Below are positions 39,038 to 52,113 of a DNA stretch of 64,000 bases, in pieces. The notes below the pieces were generated by a model. That model had not been told where the DNA came from and made no database searches. It was given only the letters and a program-made list of their open reading frames with translations. Position 1 is the first letter of the stretch; the number at the start of each line of letters is the position of its first letter. Position numbers and translations under genes: made by a program. This stretch comes from Tubulanus polymorphus (Eukaryota > Animalia > Nemertea): NCBI RefSeq assembly GCF_964204645.1, contig NC_134028.1, forward strand, positions 7,564,001-7,628,000, written 5' to 3'.

Positions 39038-42000
39038 TTAGGGTAAATGTATATATGTAAATTCAGTGGGCCGGCTCCATCCTTTTTTGTTGCGGGCAGC
39101 GGCCTGGAATACAAAAGAAATCACTTAATATCTGACACATTAAATCATGTAGAAATCTTCAACAAAAAAAACTTACCCAACATCCATACCAAGTAGAACT
39201 TTTGAGATCGGTTACCGTGAACATCCGAGTGGGTTCTATATCCCACAAATACTTAGTTATTTCGGTCGGTTTTATATTTTCTTCGGTTGTTTCGCCGCAT
39301 TCTAACGCAAGCCCGGTGATATTACCTCGAGTACGGAAATGTACCATAGTCGACTTTTCAGCCGGGCCATTTATCATATCGATTCCCACGCTAGGTAATT
39401 CTACAAAGAAAACACAAAATCACCAGGAAATATGATCATCACAGAATTCGGTTTCCGTAGATAGAAAATAAGTTCAACACTTAGAAACGGCCAAAGACAT
39501 ACATAGGAATGGGTTTAATGCTTTGGAACTGGCCTCAATACTCAGCCGTCCATAGATTGAGCCTATAGGGTAAGGGACAAACGAGTTCTTCGGACATTGT
39601 TTATCCGCAATCCTAGCCCACTCCTTCAAGCTACGTTATGTTCATTTCCATATTCGAATTCTGAGCCCTATCATTATCCAGTCTGTCCGTCTAAGTACTA
39701 ACCAGTTTCATCAGTAATGAATTCGGTTTCTTCCGATCGTTCACTTTCTCCGGCTTTATTCGCCCAAGTATAACTCAGGATGTATTTCGTGTACGGCATT
39801 AGGTCGGTGAGTACAAAATTCGCGGATCTGGTCAAGTTTTCCCTCACCACCTCTCCGGTGCTATAATCTATTAGCCTATAGTGATATCCGACAAGTTTAC
39901 CCCTTCTGTCTTCGCAAGGTAAATCTCTGAATTTTACGCTAGCTAAAGTGGTTGATATGAAAACTTTTAGTGGAACGGTCTCCGGAACGACGATTGCTTT
40001 AATTGCGGTACCGACCGGCACTGAAAATACAAGTTTACCGTATCATTAGTATGGATCGAGATATCCTGTATTTCTTGTATTCAACAACTTCCAATTTCAA
40101 TTCCCGGTTCTTTACATCGGGAAAAAACCTTACTAAGATTAATCAATGTTTGTTTACCCAAATTCATATGATGTGATCTAAATACACAGTGGTTTTATCT
40201 TTCGAGATTTTTAACAGCAATCTTGACTAGATAATCGTTAGTGCTCTCACCGGATTCGGACGTTTCTATCATCGTTTGTTTTGATGTATATTTCCATTTG
40301 ACTCCGTTCCCGGTAGCGTTAGCGACGATCTTTACGTAATATCGGGCGTTGCGTTTGAGTCCGATCAACTTATAAGACGGTACTACGCTGGGGAATGGGC
40401 TCGAGTTCCATTCGCCTTGTTTAACGTAACATCCTTTGTAGTCGTAGAATTTGTACAGAATTCGGTATTCGAAATTCGAATCCTGGTGTTCTCGAAGAAC
40501 GCTCCAACTGAGATTCAAGCGATCGTTGCCCTCCTCCTCGTGCCACGATATCGGCGACACTACAGAACGATATGCAAAGTAGAAAGATCACCATTGATAA
40601 AATAATATATCCGTGTTGTGACGATAACATAGAGAGAATCCCACAATAACAACATAAAACAAAGCATTCTCGAAGATGACTATTAGAATATAGTCGAAAC
40701 GTCGAATAAACCACTAGCTCTAGGAATCTTTTTCGGACTTTGTATTTCGTTATTATTGTGGGATTCTCTCTAATATTAACGAATTGGAACGATTGGAATT
40801 TTTTCTTCTTAACCATACGATTTTGAACCTAATTAAAGTCAACAACTCACAAAGGGTTCCTGTACTGAACTCTAGACCAGGGCCGTACACGGACCTCGCA
40901 TTTCCGGGGTTCTGCACCCCAACTTTAACGATGTATCTTTTATCCCAGTCCAACACACCACTGATCGTAAATACGAAGTCGTTCGTAGTGTGTAATGAGG
41001 TGTGTTTCCATTCGTCGTCTCCGTCGATCATTTGGAAGCTGGCGCGATACCACGCTCCCTTGGTGTCGTTACAACTCAGTTGATCCTGCGTGAGCGGCTG
41101 AAAAATATCCCGAAAAAAAAACTAATTGATTGTTGAGTGTCGCAATCGTCTTCATTGATGACCTTCAACATTTTTCCACGAACGTTGATATGTATTCAGT
41201 ATGTAGTTGATTCACTGTTTCATAATGTATCGCTATTTTATAATTTTTCATAATTCTATCAGAAATGAAAATAATAATGATAGTAATGATAATGAAAATA
41301 ACAACAACATCATGCAACTGGTTGGCCTTTCAAAAATATGGCAGCCGCCATAAATTCGATTTTCGCACCAACACATGATTCTTTCATGTAATCAGATAAT
41401 GCGATAGTGGTTTCATGAAGGCAGCCATCGATTCCGAGTTGCCGAGAGGCAATCTTATGGAACGCCTTCTCATCATGCTCAATTTCTTACTTTTATTTTC
41501 AAGGTCAGTGTTGCACCCTCTATCTCCATACTAACTATTTCTGGTCCGTCTTTAGGTTCTAGAATTGCATTTCAAAAAGACATTCTTTCATATTTCTGCT
41601 ATTCCCCGATTGATCCCCGATAATGTTGAATGATTATAGACAAACCTTACCATCACACAGCGTGTATACAAAAATAGGAGATCTATTCACGAATGATGAC
41701 GTCAGATTTACTTCTCGTTTTCGCATTTTTACTCCAACCTCGTACTCTGTATTTGGGGATAATTCTGTGATGTTGTATTTTTCGTTACGGGACGAATGAT
41801 AGATCTTCTTTGCGCTAGCTAATTTCCAATCCGTAGCGCCCACTTCTCTTATTACAAATACAAAATCTAAGCGAATTCTTCTTCGTCTGCCCGAGTCAAA
41901 GGGCGAGGAACGATAGTAACCAGAAATATCTCTAAGTTCTACCTCGACGCTGTTTTTAGTATGCCTTCTCGAAAACCTTAACTTGCCTTCAAAAACTAAG

Positions 42001-44648
42001 CCTACGAAGAAAGATTCATTTGAAAAGAGACATCAAATTGGTTGTTAGTTATTCATGGAAACTTAAAACAATAACATATGACTCAGAAATTGAAAGTCCT
42101 TTAATGTGGAGGTTGGGGAAAAGAATAATTTCCATTCTAACGGACTAGCAAAAAAACTTATCCTCTTTTTGACTAAATAAGAGTAAGAATAACGTACGTT
42201 GGTCGCAATTGTGTCCTACATAATCGGCAGAACATCCATTCTTGCAAGCTCCCGTCAAATAGTCGACCTGGTTCTCCACGTTATAATTACAGCGGCTCGG
42301 AGTCATACATCTTATCGACTCAGGTATACTACACTCAGTGGGATCTGCAAACAGATATGAAGTACTATGTTAGTGAGGTTTCCAAACCCGTTTGACTTAC
42401 ACTAGATTTTGGCAACACTTATTTTCCGTTGATGCGCTATCTGGGGACTTCAAAAATTGCCGACTTGACAATTTTGGTACATCACCACCAGAGCCCCCTA
42501 GTGGTCACTATACGGGGAATTTGGTTTGAAAAACCAATTTTCAAATTATAACTATCTTTATCAGAAGTTCACGTGGAACATGCTTATTTAGTTCTATAAG
42601 AAAATGTTGAATATATCTCGAAATGCTAGATTTGTTCAAAAATGTGTTCAGAGCTAAATTTTTAGATATGTATATATAGGGAGCAGCTGATATCGAGGAA
42701 GAGGGCCAGCACATAACCAAAATAGGAAATGAAGTTATGGCAAACAAAAACATCACGAATCAAAATTGCATTAATCAGAATGAAAATTAATCGCAATTTT
42801 TCCATGGACTTTCTAGCTAGAATAAGAAACCTGGCCCAACAGGCATATCATACCGATATATCGAAATCCAACCAAGTCGATCTCCGCAAATTCTATGGGG
42901 TTGCTTTGAGCTCTGGTGCGGTCAATGTTCACAATTCTTCCAGCTAAAAGTTTTTTGCAATAAAATGTTATCTGATCGGAACATTTTTCTCTACTTTTCA
43001 CATTTACGCACACTTCGTTTTCGCTCTTGTTCTCACTATTTCCGATTCGAATCTCAAGGTTGAATACATGGCGCTGCAATATAAACTGAATGATAATTGA
43101 TCCACGTCCCTTCATGTTTTCTTTCACAGTATTCGAGAGAAGAAATAGTTTCATCAGGAGAATCGAAATATAATTGCGAATGAATACCATCCGGGTCTGG
43201 AATGATAACAATACAAAATTTTGGAGTTCGTGTGTTTTTCGAGCCGTGATATATAGACTAAATGCTGGAAATGACCATTTTGGACACACAAAAAAGGTCA
43301 AATAATGGCCATCTGGAGCCCGATCGACCTTATATGTATTAAGATGATATGCCCTATCTATAGGGGGATATATATATACCTGTGAAACATCAAGATTGTA
43401 GCATAAAACTGTGTTTCTTTCTAAAAAGAGCTTAACTTAAATTCTTTTAATTTTTTTTTTTTTTTGAAAAAATCGCAGAGAAAAATATAAATCAATCCAT
43501 GATTTTTTATTAGTCTTGGTGTAAATTGAAAATGGTATATTTTACCCGGCATCGGTTAACTCGTTGGCGCCGAGCATCCGATAGTTTTACGCGCTGTATC
43601 ACGAATTGATCTCCCAAGTCGATTACGAATGAATTCTGTCGACACGAACCAGTGTACAAATTACCATCAAAACACAGCTGCAGCGAGTGACCGGTGTCGT
43701 TTTGAATTTCTCCTGAATTCTCGACGTTTCCGATAGCGACATTTCCTTAAATCGAGTCAACAAACATTTCGATGTATTCAAAAACATTTTGGCCGATTTG
43801 ATAGATGTTTAAATGTTGTGTTATGTCCGGAAATGGCCGATGATTTATAATTTGTGCAATATTCTGAATCTGGGTCAGTAATTGTTCATAATTGTTTGTT
43901 CGCTCTATGTCTCAATATGATGCGGGCGCTATCGGAAGTATATCAATTTTGGAGATACATAAACCAATTGTCCTTTATTTCAGGACTTGCTCCGATTCTA
44001 AATTGTCAAAATTGGTTTAAAAAAATACTTTTCAGTATCGCGCCTAATTCAACTGTAGAACTGGGCATTTAGTTGAAGAATTATGAAAATTTTGAAATGG
44101 TGCGAAATCAAAAGTCGTATACATGTATATTAGTACCTGTCTGACATCCAGGGCCAAACCAATCGGGAGCGCAATTCTGCGGACACGAAATAGAACCATC
44201 TGCTGCCGATATTGGACACGTATTCCCAGCACAATGACAACCCCACTGCGTACAATTCCCTCCGAAACAATTCGATCCTAGAGAATAAAATAACATATCG
44301 CACTCGAAGATATTCAAACATTTCGATAGGTGGAAATAACGTGACTTGTGAAATTTACGGATAATTTCACAGAGAATATTACTACAGTAGACTTTGTCCG
44401 AGTCGGACCCGATCAACTTGGATAACCGTTCAACTTGGATGTTTTTTATTTGAAATGTTCTTCGTGATGCTGTACATGTATATGAAATATATAACATCCA
44501 GTCTACAGTATAGATATTGAATCAACAGTTGGAGATAATAACTACAGAATTCTATAGATTCGATTGGTTTAGGCTATTATTTACCTTCAGTAGATACCGC
44601 AAAACAAGCGACGACCAAAATCAAAAAGAAACATCCTACATTCACCAT
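39038..44648 (-). CDS. Secreted protein: signal peptide, EGF-like, degenerate fucolectin/F5-8-type domain, EGF-like, 5x fibronectin type III (~784 aa, 12 exons)
   Basis: Exons (minus) 44648-44585, 44277-44137, 43745-43546, 43073-42854, 42344-42198, 42001-41651, 41558-41491, 41097-40851, 40559-40251, 40020-39703, 39400-39177, 39103-39038, all phase-consistent. Signal MVNVGCFFLILVVACFAVSTEG. EGF-like CAPDWFGPGCQ and GCSADYVGHNCD. FTP-like NVAIG...DGN...IDLG...LEIRIGNS...C...GRIVNI. FN3 motifs LSPNTEY, LKRNARY, LMPYTKY, LKSSTWY. Confidence 0.85.
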
Positions 44649-44939
44649 GATGGCGGCGAGCGTTTGTACCTACTAACGGCCGGATAGCGAATAAATCACT
44701 GATTGCTACTGCCCCGGTGCACAATTAGTTCGCATTAGTTGGTATGAAATGATAATATACACGAAAACGTTGTGTCCGTAGATTTTTATTTCGGTCAGCC
44801 ACTTATATTTGATGCGCATGACATATAAAATCTACATTTTTATGGCAGCTTTTTGGTTGTGACTCACAGCGTATAGTTTGTTTTTTGTTTGTTTGTTTAT
44901 TTTTGCCTTATTTCGTTAATATCTTGGCTTCCCAAAATT

Positions 44940-45031
44940 AACCCTACTAACCACTGACGGAAACAGTGAAGTGTTGCCACGCACACCGTAAATAACCAAC
45001 AGGACTCGAACCCCCTTGCCCCACTGAGCTA
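44940..45031 (-). mobile_element. tRNA-derived SINE head (A-box and B-box)
   Basis: The minus strand reads TAGCTCAGTGG (A-box), 8 nt, then GGTTCGAGTCC (B-box). There is no anticodon arm, so it is not a tRNA. Confidence 0.5.
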
Positions 45032-45128
45032 CAGGGGCCGGTTGCATAGTGACGGCTTAGACTTAAGACCAGTCCTAAGATTTAAGACCACTTTTGGACT
45101 TAAGTCACGACTGTGCAACCGGCCCCTG
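45032..45128. mobile_element. Short MITE with ~19-bp TIRs
   Basis: CAGGGGCCGGTTGCATAGT (45032-50) / ACTGTGCAACCGGCCCCTG (45110-28). Internal GACTTAAG(A/T)C repeats. Confidence 0.75.
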
Positions 45129-45909
45129 GAGGATTGTTGCTCACCTCACATTTCATTCGCTACAGCAAAGACAATTCATTTGAAACTATCAGAAAATAAA
45201 ACCAACGGAACGAAATGTGATTTTTCAGTAGTATTGTTATTATCACGAGAATAGCCTAGCAGTTTTTACAATCGTTAACGTTTATCACTCAAATTGTACA
45301 TACCCCGGTACATGTTTTGGGTCTTACGTGGGTGTATGTCGACCGCGACTGCTAGGGACACTGCACGGTGTGCAAAAAATACAATACGTCAGTCGCAAGA
45401 CCTTCACAGAAATGCATAGAACGTGTGCAACTTGTCGCTGGCAGTCACAGGTCGTAGGTCGATGGGTCTTTGCGACGGTCACCACGCTGAAGGTCGCAGA
45501 GAATCTCAAACAGTCGCAAGGCCGCCCTACGCCGGGTTTATGAGTACCACAAAATAACAAGGCTTTTTATTATCCTTCATTATTGAAAATTGCCCATACA
45601 TTAAATTCTATCAATCAAAGTAGTTGAGTAAGCTTAATAATTTGTTTGAATGTGTTCATGTCATTACATAACCATGAATTGAAAGTATAAGATATGTCTA
45701 CTAAAACAAGGGGTCCAGGGACACCACTTCCACTCGGGAAGTCATTTGAGATGTTCAACAATATACCCAAACCCATTTTATTTGTAAATGGAAATGATGT
45801 CGAAGTAGATTTATGAATATTCTATCTTGAAGTATCTCATCGGACCGCAGGATAGAAAAACCTGAGAGCACAGCAAAATTGTTTGAAATAGTCTGCCCCG
45901 GTTTAATAA

Positions 45910-48900
45910 TTACATAATTTCAGGTCTCGAACCGAATGCAGTGCCACCAATATCAACTTCATCGTTTGTCTTCTCGTCACCAGTACTGACGATACTAACT
46001 CCGCTGTCATTGTCATCTTTCGTGCCGTGTTCGATATTTTTGTTTGCTCGATGATACAGTACGGCGTCTTTCAGCGGTTTTTTGTTGGTCTCTGGAAGCC
46101 AGATGAGGACAAATATGGCCGTTGTAATGGCCAGAAATGTATACATCACATACGGAACAACCCAGTGGCTCACTTCACCCTGAAAACAAATAGAACTCAG
46201 CTTTATCTACAGCTAAAATCTTTCCAATTATGTCAAATTATAGAATATACATGGATACACACGACGTAGGCTAATTGAGGGGCAATAATGCCACCAATCC
46301 TTGCTGCCATGCTTGCTGCGGCACAACCCAGACTTCTGCAATCAAAAAGTGTACAATTTCGAGCAAATGTTATATGGGCAAAACGGGAGGAACAAACATA
46401 ATGTCATAACGATATAGTATGCCAGATAGTATACAGTAATCGCAGACTTCGATCCCTCGGTAAGATTTTTTTTTAAAGATTTTAGAACGACCAAAGAACT
46501 GTTTTTCATAAATACAAACCTCATAACTGTGGGATAGAGTTCGGCTGAGTAGATCGCGGCTAAAATCCAACAGGAAATAGCCCCTCCTTTGCCGACTAGC
46601 GCAGCCACTGTTACAAGTACTCCCAATTCCTCTTTCTTGCCGAGAATTCCTATGATGACTACCGTTAACAAACAGGTACATGGTAAACTCATGTAGGCAA
46701 AAAATGACCTTCTTCGACCAAATCTGGAATTTAGAAAATGATTTATGTTTCAGAAGACTTCAAAAATTATCCTGATGTGGTTTTCAATCATTTGATTTTG
46801 ATGAATGTCGGATGAGTTTCACTATATCAGTCTTTGCGAATATGTATTCATACTGAAGTCAGTTACAAAGATGTTATTACTTCATGGGACAGTCATAGCT
46901 CATCCTATGTATGTGCAATGCACGTATGTCCTAGGCATGAATCAATGATCCTGGAATGAAGTATGACGATTATGACGAAACACAAGGCATTACCTGTTTC
47001 CGACGTAGATAACGCTCCAAGCAAACGGCGTAGAAACAGCTGAACTTATAACTGAATTCAAGAAGACCGTGCCCTTAAATGTACTGTACATGCTACTGAC
47101 TCCGTAAGCGACGGAAGAACATGAATACCTGAAGCAAAGGTTGAAAAGCGAGTGTTGCAGAAGTTTTAAGGTTAGAGCGTATACAATGGATTTAAGGACT
47201 ATCGTTAATCATGATTAAGCATTTAGATCGTAACAACTTCACCGAATTGATGGAGGTTTGAAACAACAAAAGACATAACATCAACCCGTTGTGACGCGGT
47301 AAAACTTCGCAATGAATCGCAAAAGAAGAGGAAAATGGAAGTAAAATGGAGTAGAGAAAGAAAAGTAGAAAATATAAGTCCCACAATCACAAAGCCGAAA
47401 TAAGAATATTGTAATGTTGGAATTTATTAATAATCCGAATTTTTGATTTTCCACAAGAAACCATCGTCAGGAAGGACGACGAAGGATGATTTTCAATAAA
47501 TCGTAACATAGCGATATTTTAAGTTTTTCAGCTTTGTGATTGTAGGATCCGATTCTGTTACTCACCAGCAATACATGATAACAAATGTCTGTATGGCTAA
47601 CTCTTTGGTTCGAAAAAGATCTAGATAACTGTGACGTTTTCCCTCGGTTTGTTCGTTCAAATCTTGAGCCGCGATGGCTCGCAACAGACGCATATCGGGA
47701 ACGCCAGTTTTGTTCACTCGCGCCATCCATCTGATTATTTCCTCCGCCTCCTCGAATCGACCTTTCATTGTCAGCCATCTCACACTCTCGGGGACGTAAC
47801 TGTGACAATCGAAATAAGTTCAAGCGTTCAATACCCGCGATCACACGGAGACGATTTGACTCAAATTGGCACGGATCAAACTTGAGTCAAATTTGGACCG
47901 TGCCTAATTAGAAAGCGCGTTCACACGTAAACCACTCACTCGATACTAAACAATGCTTAAACAAACCAAGGCACTTCCAGAACCAGTTGCAATTCAAACG
48001 CAATAATTTGACCCGTGCTAAAATCTGACTCCGGCCTGGTCGGACATTTTTGGTCGCGCCATATTTAGCCACCAGTGTGAACTGTTATTCTGGACCAAAT
48101 GTAGCACGTGCTTAAGATGCTCGTGTGATCGCTGCTAATGTTCGCAACGGTATACAACTAGTAATAATTAGCATGTTCTTGTTTTACGTCAAAATTCAAA
48201 ATTGAATTATCCTTTTTCCATTGGTAATGAATTTTTATTTCACGTTTAAAATGTATAGTTATCAAAAAAGCTTTTTTTATTCAACTGAAAAACCATATCA
48301 CATTTGAATCCAAATTAATTTTTTTTCAAAATTATTTCATTGATCGCATAGCATATAATAGCGGGACTTCATACTTACAAAATAACAGCTGGGATAATAG
48401 GGGTGAACATCGCACCGCAAATATAAGTCACGTGTCTCCAGTCACGTGTCAGGTAAGCCATCAAGGACATCGTCGCCATGCCGAATCCGTACAGGCCAAA
48501 CGAACCACAGAACGTGCGCCATTTGGGACCAATGAATTCCATGGGAAGTGTGAAACAAATGTTCAACGTTCCACCTAGCATAGTTAATCAAAATAGAAAA
48601 TGCATGATTGATTAGAATTGATTTGAAAAAAAACATTTCCGTCATATTTACCAGGTACGCAAAATGACGAAAACTTTGTGTTTTGTAAATGACTAGTTAG
48701 ACATACAAACTACTCGAAAAAAGAATCAATTTCCCTAGAAGTAAGTGATTGAACTGATAGTTTTTGAAATGGTTATGAATAAACGCACTACGTATTTACA
48801 AAAACTGTTATTCTTAGGCGGAATTTCAAAGGCTGTGGCGAAAACCTCATGAACCATGGACTAGGCCCTCAAAAACGACCAAATATATATATCTGAACTT

Positions 48901-50710
48901 CGATAGAACTTTCGTTTTCAAATGTTATGTTACGTGATAATGAATTTTATCTTTGGTAGTAAGATATCGCAGATATGTCAGATATGTTTGCGCTTTCCGA
49001 TAAACAAAGTCACGTATATTTCCCAATCAGAATGCTACGTACGTACGAACGACGTCGTCAGTATCACAGGATTTTGACAAATTATCTTAATGTTCTGAGA
49101 GACGTTTGATACATATCTTTATGTTATCATACGTGGCTATCCGATTCGAATCGTTTGAATAGCGATAGCATTTCTTGGAATATGAATACTTTATTTGATC
49201 AAGTCCGGTTCTGACCTGTTTTGACAAAATGGGGTACTAAGGCATTTTATTATTTTACCGCTCAATCATTGTCTATATCATTTGATAGGTATACATACAT
49301 ATATAAATTCAAAGATTAGAATTTCTGAAGTGGTTCAAAAAACCGGCTTTATAGACCTGAATTAATACCGTGATAAGTTTAACCATATACTTTAGAAAAG
49401 GACGACGGTTTAACGCATACCCAAGAAGAATCCCGTGAAAGTACGTATGACGACGTACATGGGCCAGCTGATGGAAAAACCAACGATTATTTGAGTGGCC
49501 ATCATCAAAGTGCACATCGTTAGCAATGTTTTCTTTCGACCGAGCCAATCAGCGATGTAACCAGTTAACATTGCACCGAAAAGAACTCCAATCATTTGAA
49601 TACTGACAGACAGCTGTGGTTGATAGTCGTAATCACAAACCAGATCATACTGAAAACGAAAATGCATTCTTCGGTTTTTCAACAGTAAATTTTACAAAAC
49701 TAAAAAAAAAAGATTATCATAGCATATTGTCGGCGTTTGGTGAGGGTTAGAACTTGTATCAAGAGCGAAACGAGCCACTGCCGAGCTTTCTTGAGGAGCA
49801 GTTCTATTTCATGAAAAAGGCACTTCTATCCGTTTAAAGGTGCACTTACCTATTGAAAAAGGACGGATCGTAATTGTTTGAATAAATCATTTGTGAATGG
49901 ATTACTTTTCATTTTCAAAAAAATAGGAAAATTGTATCCAGATTTAGAAAATCTTGCAAAGTTTTTGATAATGACTCTTTGAAGGGCGAATTTGAAAATT
50001 CTAGTACCATGATTCTGATCTGATACCATGTTTCTCTTAATCGGTCGGGTCATGTTATAAACTGCGAAAAAATTGTAATCAGCTCTATGGCTGTTATGGT
50101 AATCTTGTTTATCAGTTTAAAAAAGTAATGTACAGGGTACATAGCCGGTCAGCCGGGTCAACTTTTAAGCTCAGTAGAAAGGAGAAATGAGGTATCAATC
50201 TTTATAGCCTTAGTCAAGTTTCTAACCGTCGCTCCCGAATCAACGTTCTTAGGGTGAACCGTAAAATCGTCTGGTATTCAGATGCTAAATTAGCTTTTGA
50301 ATTGCACACGAACTTACCTCGGATACTGTGGAGACCATCGAAGCGGTGGTATCGTACTGAAATCGAACACAGCGGGAACCGTTCTCCGAGGCGCACATCT
50401 TCACCGTGTTATTGGGCAGCGTGGAATTGTCCAAAAACTGCGCGCACGACCAGAGCGGAGATATCGTGGAAAACACGAATAACATCATCGCCTGTCCTGT
50501 CGATAAATCCATCAATGTCAGAATCGAAAACACGCGGATTTGAAATGGTCCGAAGTGGCCTAACACATCGAGTATCTGCTCGAAATGAACTTCAGATTCA
50601 GCTTTACTTTCATCATCGCTGCCGTATCCATCAGCTTTATTCTCGAAATGATTGGAGGTTGTTGCGTCGAAAATATTTGCAGAATCGGGACTTTCGTTTG
50701 AACTGACCAT
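45910..50710 (-). CDS. SLC22-family organic cation/anion transporter (MFS), ~577 aa, 8 exons
   Basis: Exons (minus) 50710-50318, 49649-49421, 48574-48379, 47799-47566, 47128-46994, 46723-46520, 46335-46263, 46179-45910. Motifs: FEQILDVLGHFGPFQ, STVSEYDLVC, ADWLGRK, EFIGPKWR, PESVRWL, RFGRR, AELYPTVMR, LPETNKKPL. Confidence 0.95.
47837..48132. mobile_element. Non-autonomous TIR element in SLC22 intron 3
   Basis: GCGATCACACG (47837-47) / CGTGTGATCGC (48122-32), with internal GCACGG/CCGTGC subrepeats. Confidence 0.55.
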
Positions 50711-52113
50711 TTTTACAACTTCTTCGGTAGGCTAAATCAACCGACTTGAAATCAGCATATAAATCAATCACAATCACTATCTACGCTTGCACCATGTATG
50801 TCTGCCTTCATACAATTTGACCGAATGATAAAAGTTATTGAGTAATATAAATATAAGCTGATCAATTTAGTCTTTGGCCGGGTCAAGTGAAATAGAGATT
50901 CGCTTAATCATTTATTTTTCACTCTAATGTGAAGTATTTTTCCTCCAATTCGAAGTTGAACAATTCATTCATGTAAAATGTACTAAATGATTTGTTCTGG
51001 CTTACTAGAATTAAGATGTCCACAGCCAAACCCCTCCCCTTTTTCAAAAAGTCCTAAGTTCATGACCCCCTCGCCCGTGGACGTCTTATATGGACAGTCC
51101 GTTCTCTTGGAAACTGGAATTTGCGAGGTGAAAGAAAACTTAACGCTGGCACCATCTGTGATTAAGGGTAGAAGAACAGATTAAGTTCAGCAGCTACTCG
51201 TAGGTCACAAGCGATAGAAATCTGTCCACAAATATTATAAAACTCATCACACAAGTTCGATTTAATTTATCCATAAGAAAAAAATATATATTCTTTTTTC
51301 GATAACAACATTCTTATCCTACATCAAGGATCTTAACAAACGATCAATAAGTACATATACGGAAACTTGGCAGTGAACCACGAATCATTAGAGGCTCATT
51401 AGACCCAAAATGAGGTAAAAATTTCTGTAAGGTAAAAAAAACAAAAAATAATGACAAAACGATTACAAAATTATTCATTCAACTCAGTTTATTCAGAATA
51501 AATGAGAAAAACCCAAAAAATCATAAGACAGAATTTGTCCAAATTAAGCAAGGGTTGATAACTAATCTATTTTCCAATTTTGTCCAAGTGAGGCAAAGTT
51601 AGTAAAATACATGCCAATTTCGAAGTTTTTCAAGGTTTTGTTCACTGTATTCATATTCTGCCCTAGTTAAGCTCGGTTATAGTATACCATTTTGTCCAGT
51701 GTTTAGTGTATGCCAATATGCTGAAGTAAATCAAGGCTGAAGTTAATCAAGGCAAACTTAAGCTTAGCAAGGCTTAATTAACTGCATTCTTAATTTTCAT
51801 AATAGACCAAGTTGGAATTTACCGTATTCCAATTCTACAAATTAAGCAAGGCACAAGCTTAACTTTAACATTCAACTCACGAGATAATATTGGCGGAAAC
51901 TTGGGGATCATTTATAAACCATATAAACAAAATTCTTTCAGTTTTATCCATGAAAATTAACTTGCACCAATGGTTGTTATACGGAAGAACGCGGTTGCTC
52001 CTGACCACTCGGGACTAGTGAAATTAATCTGGTTTATGAGAAATCTGGATTAAACATCATATTTACACACTTAAAGACGGACCGCACCTTAAACCGAACT
52101 GGATTAAACGGAA

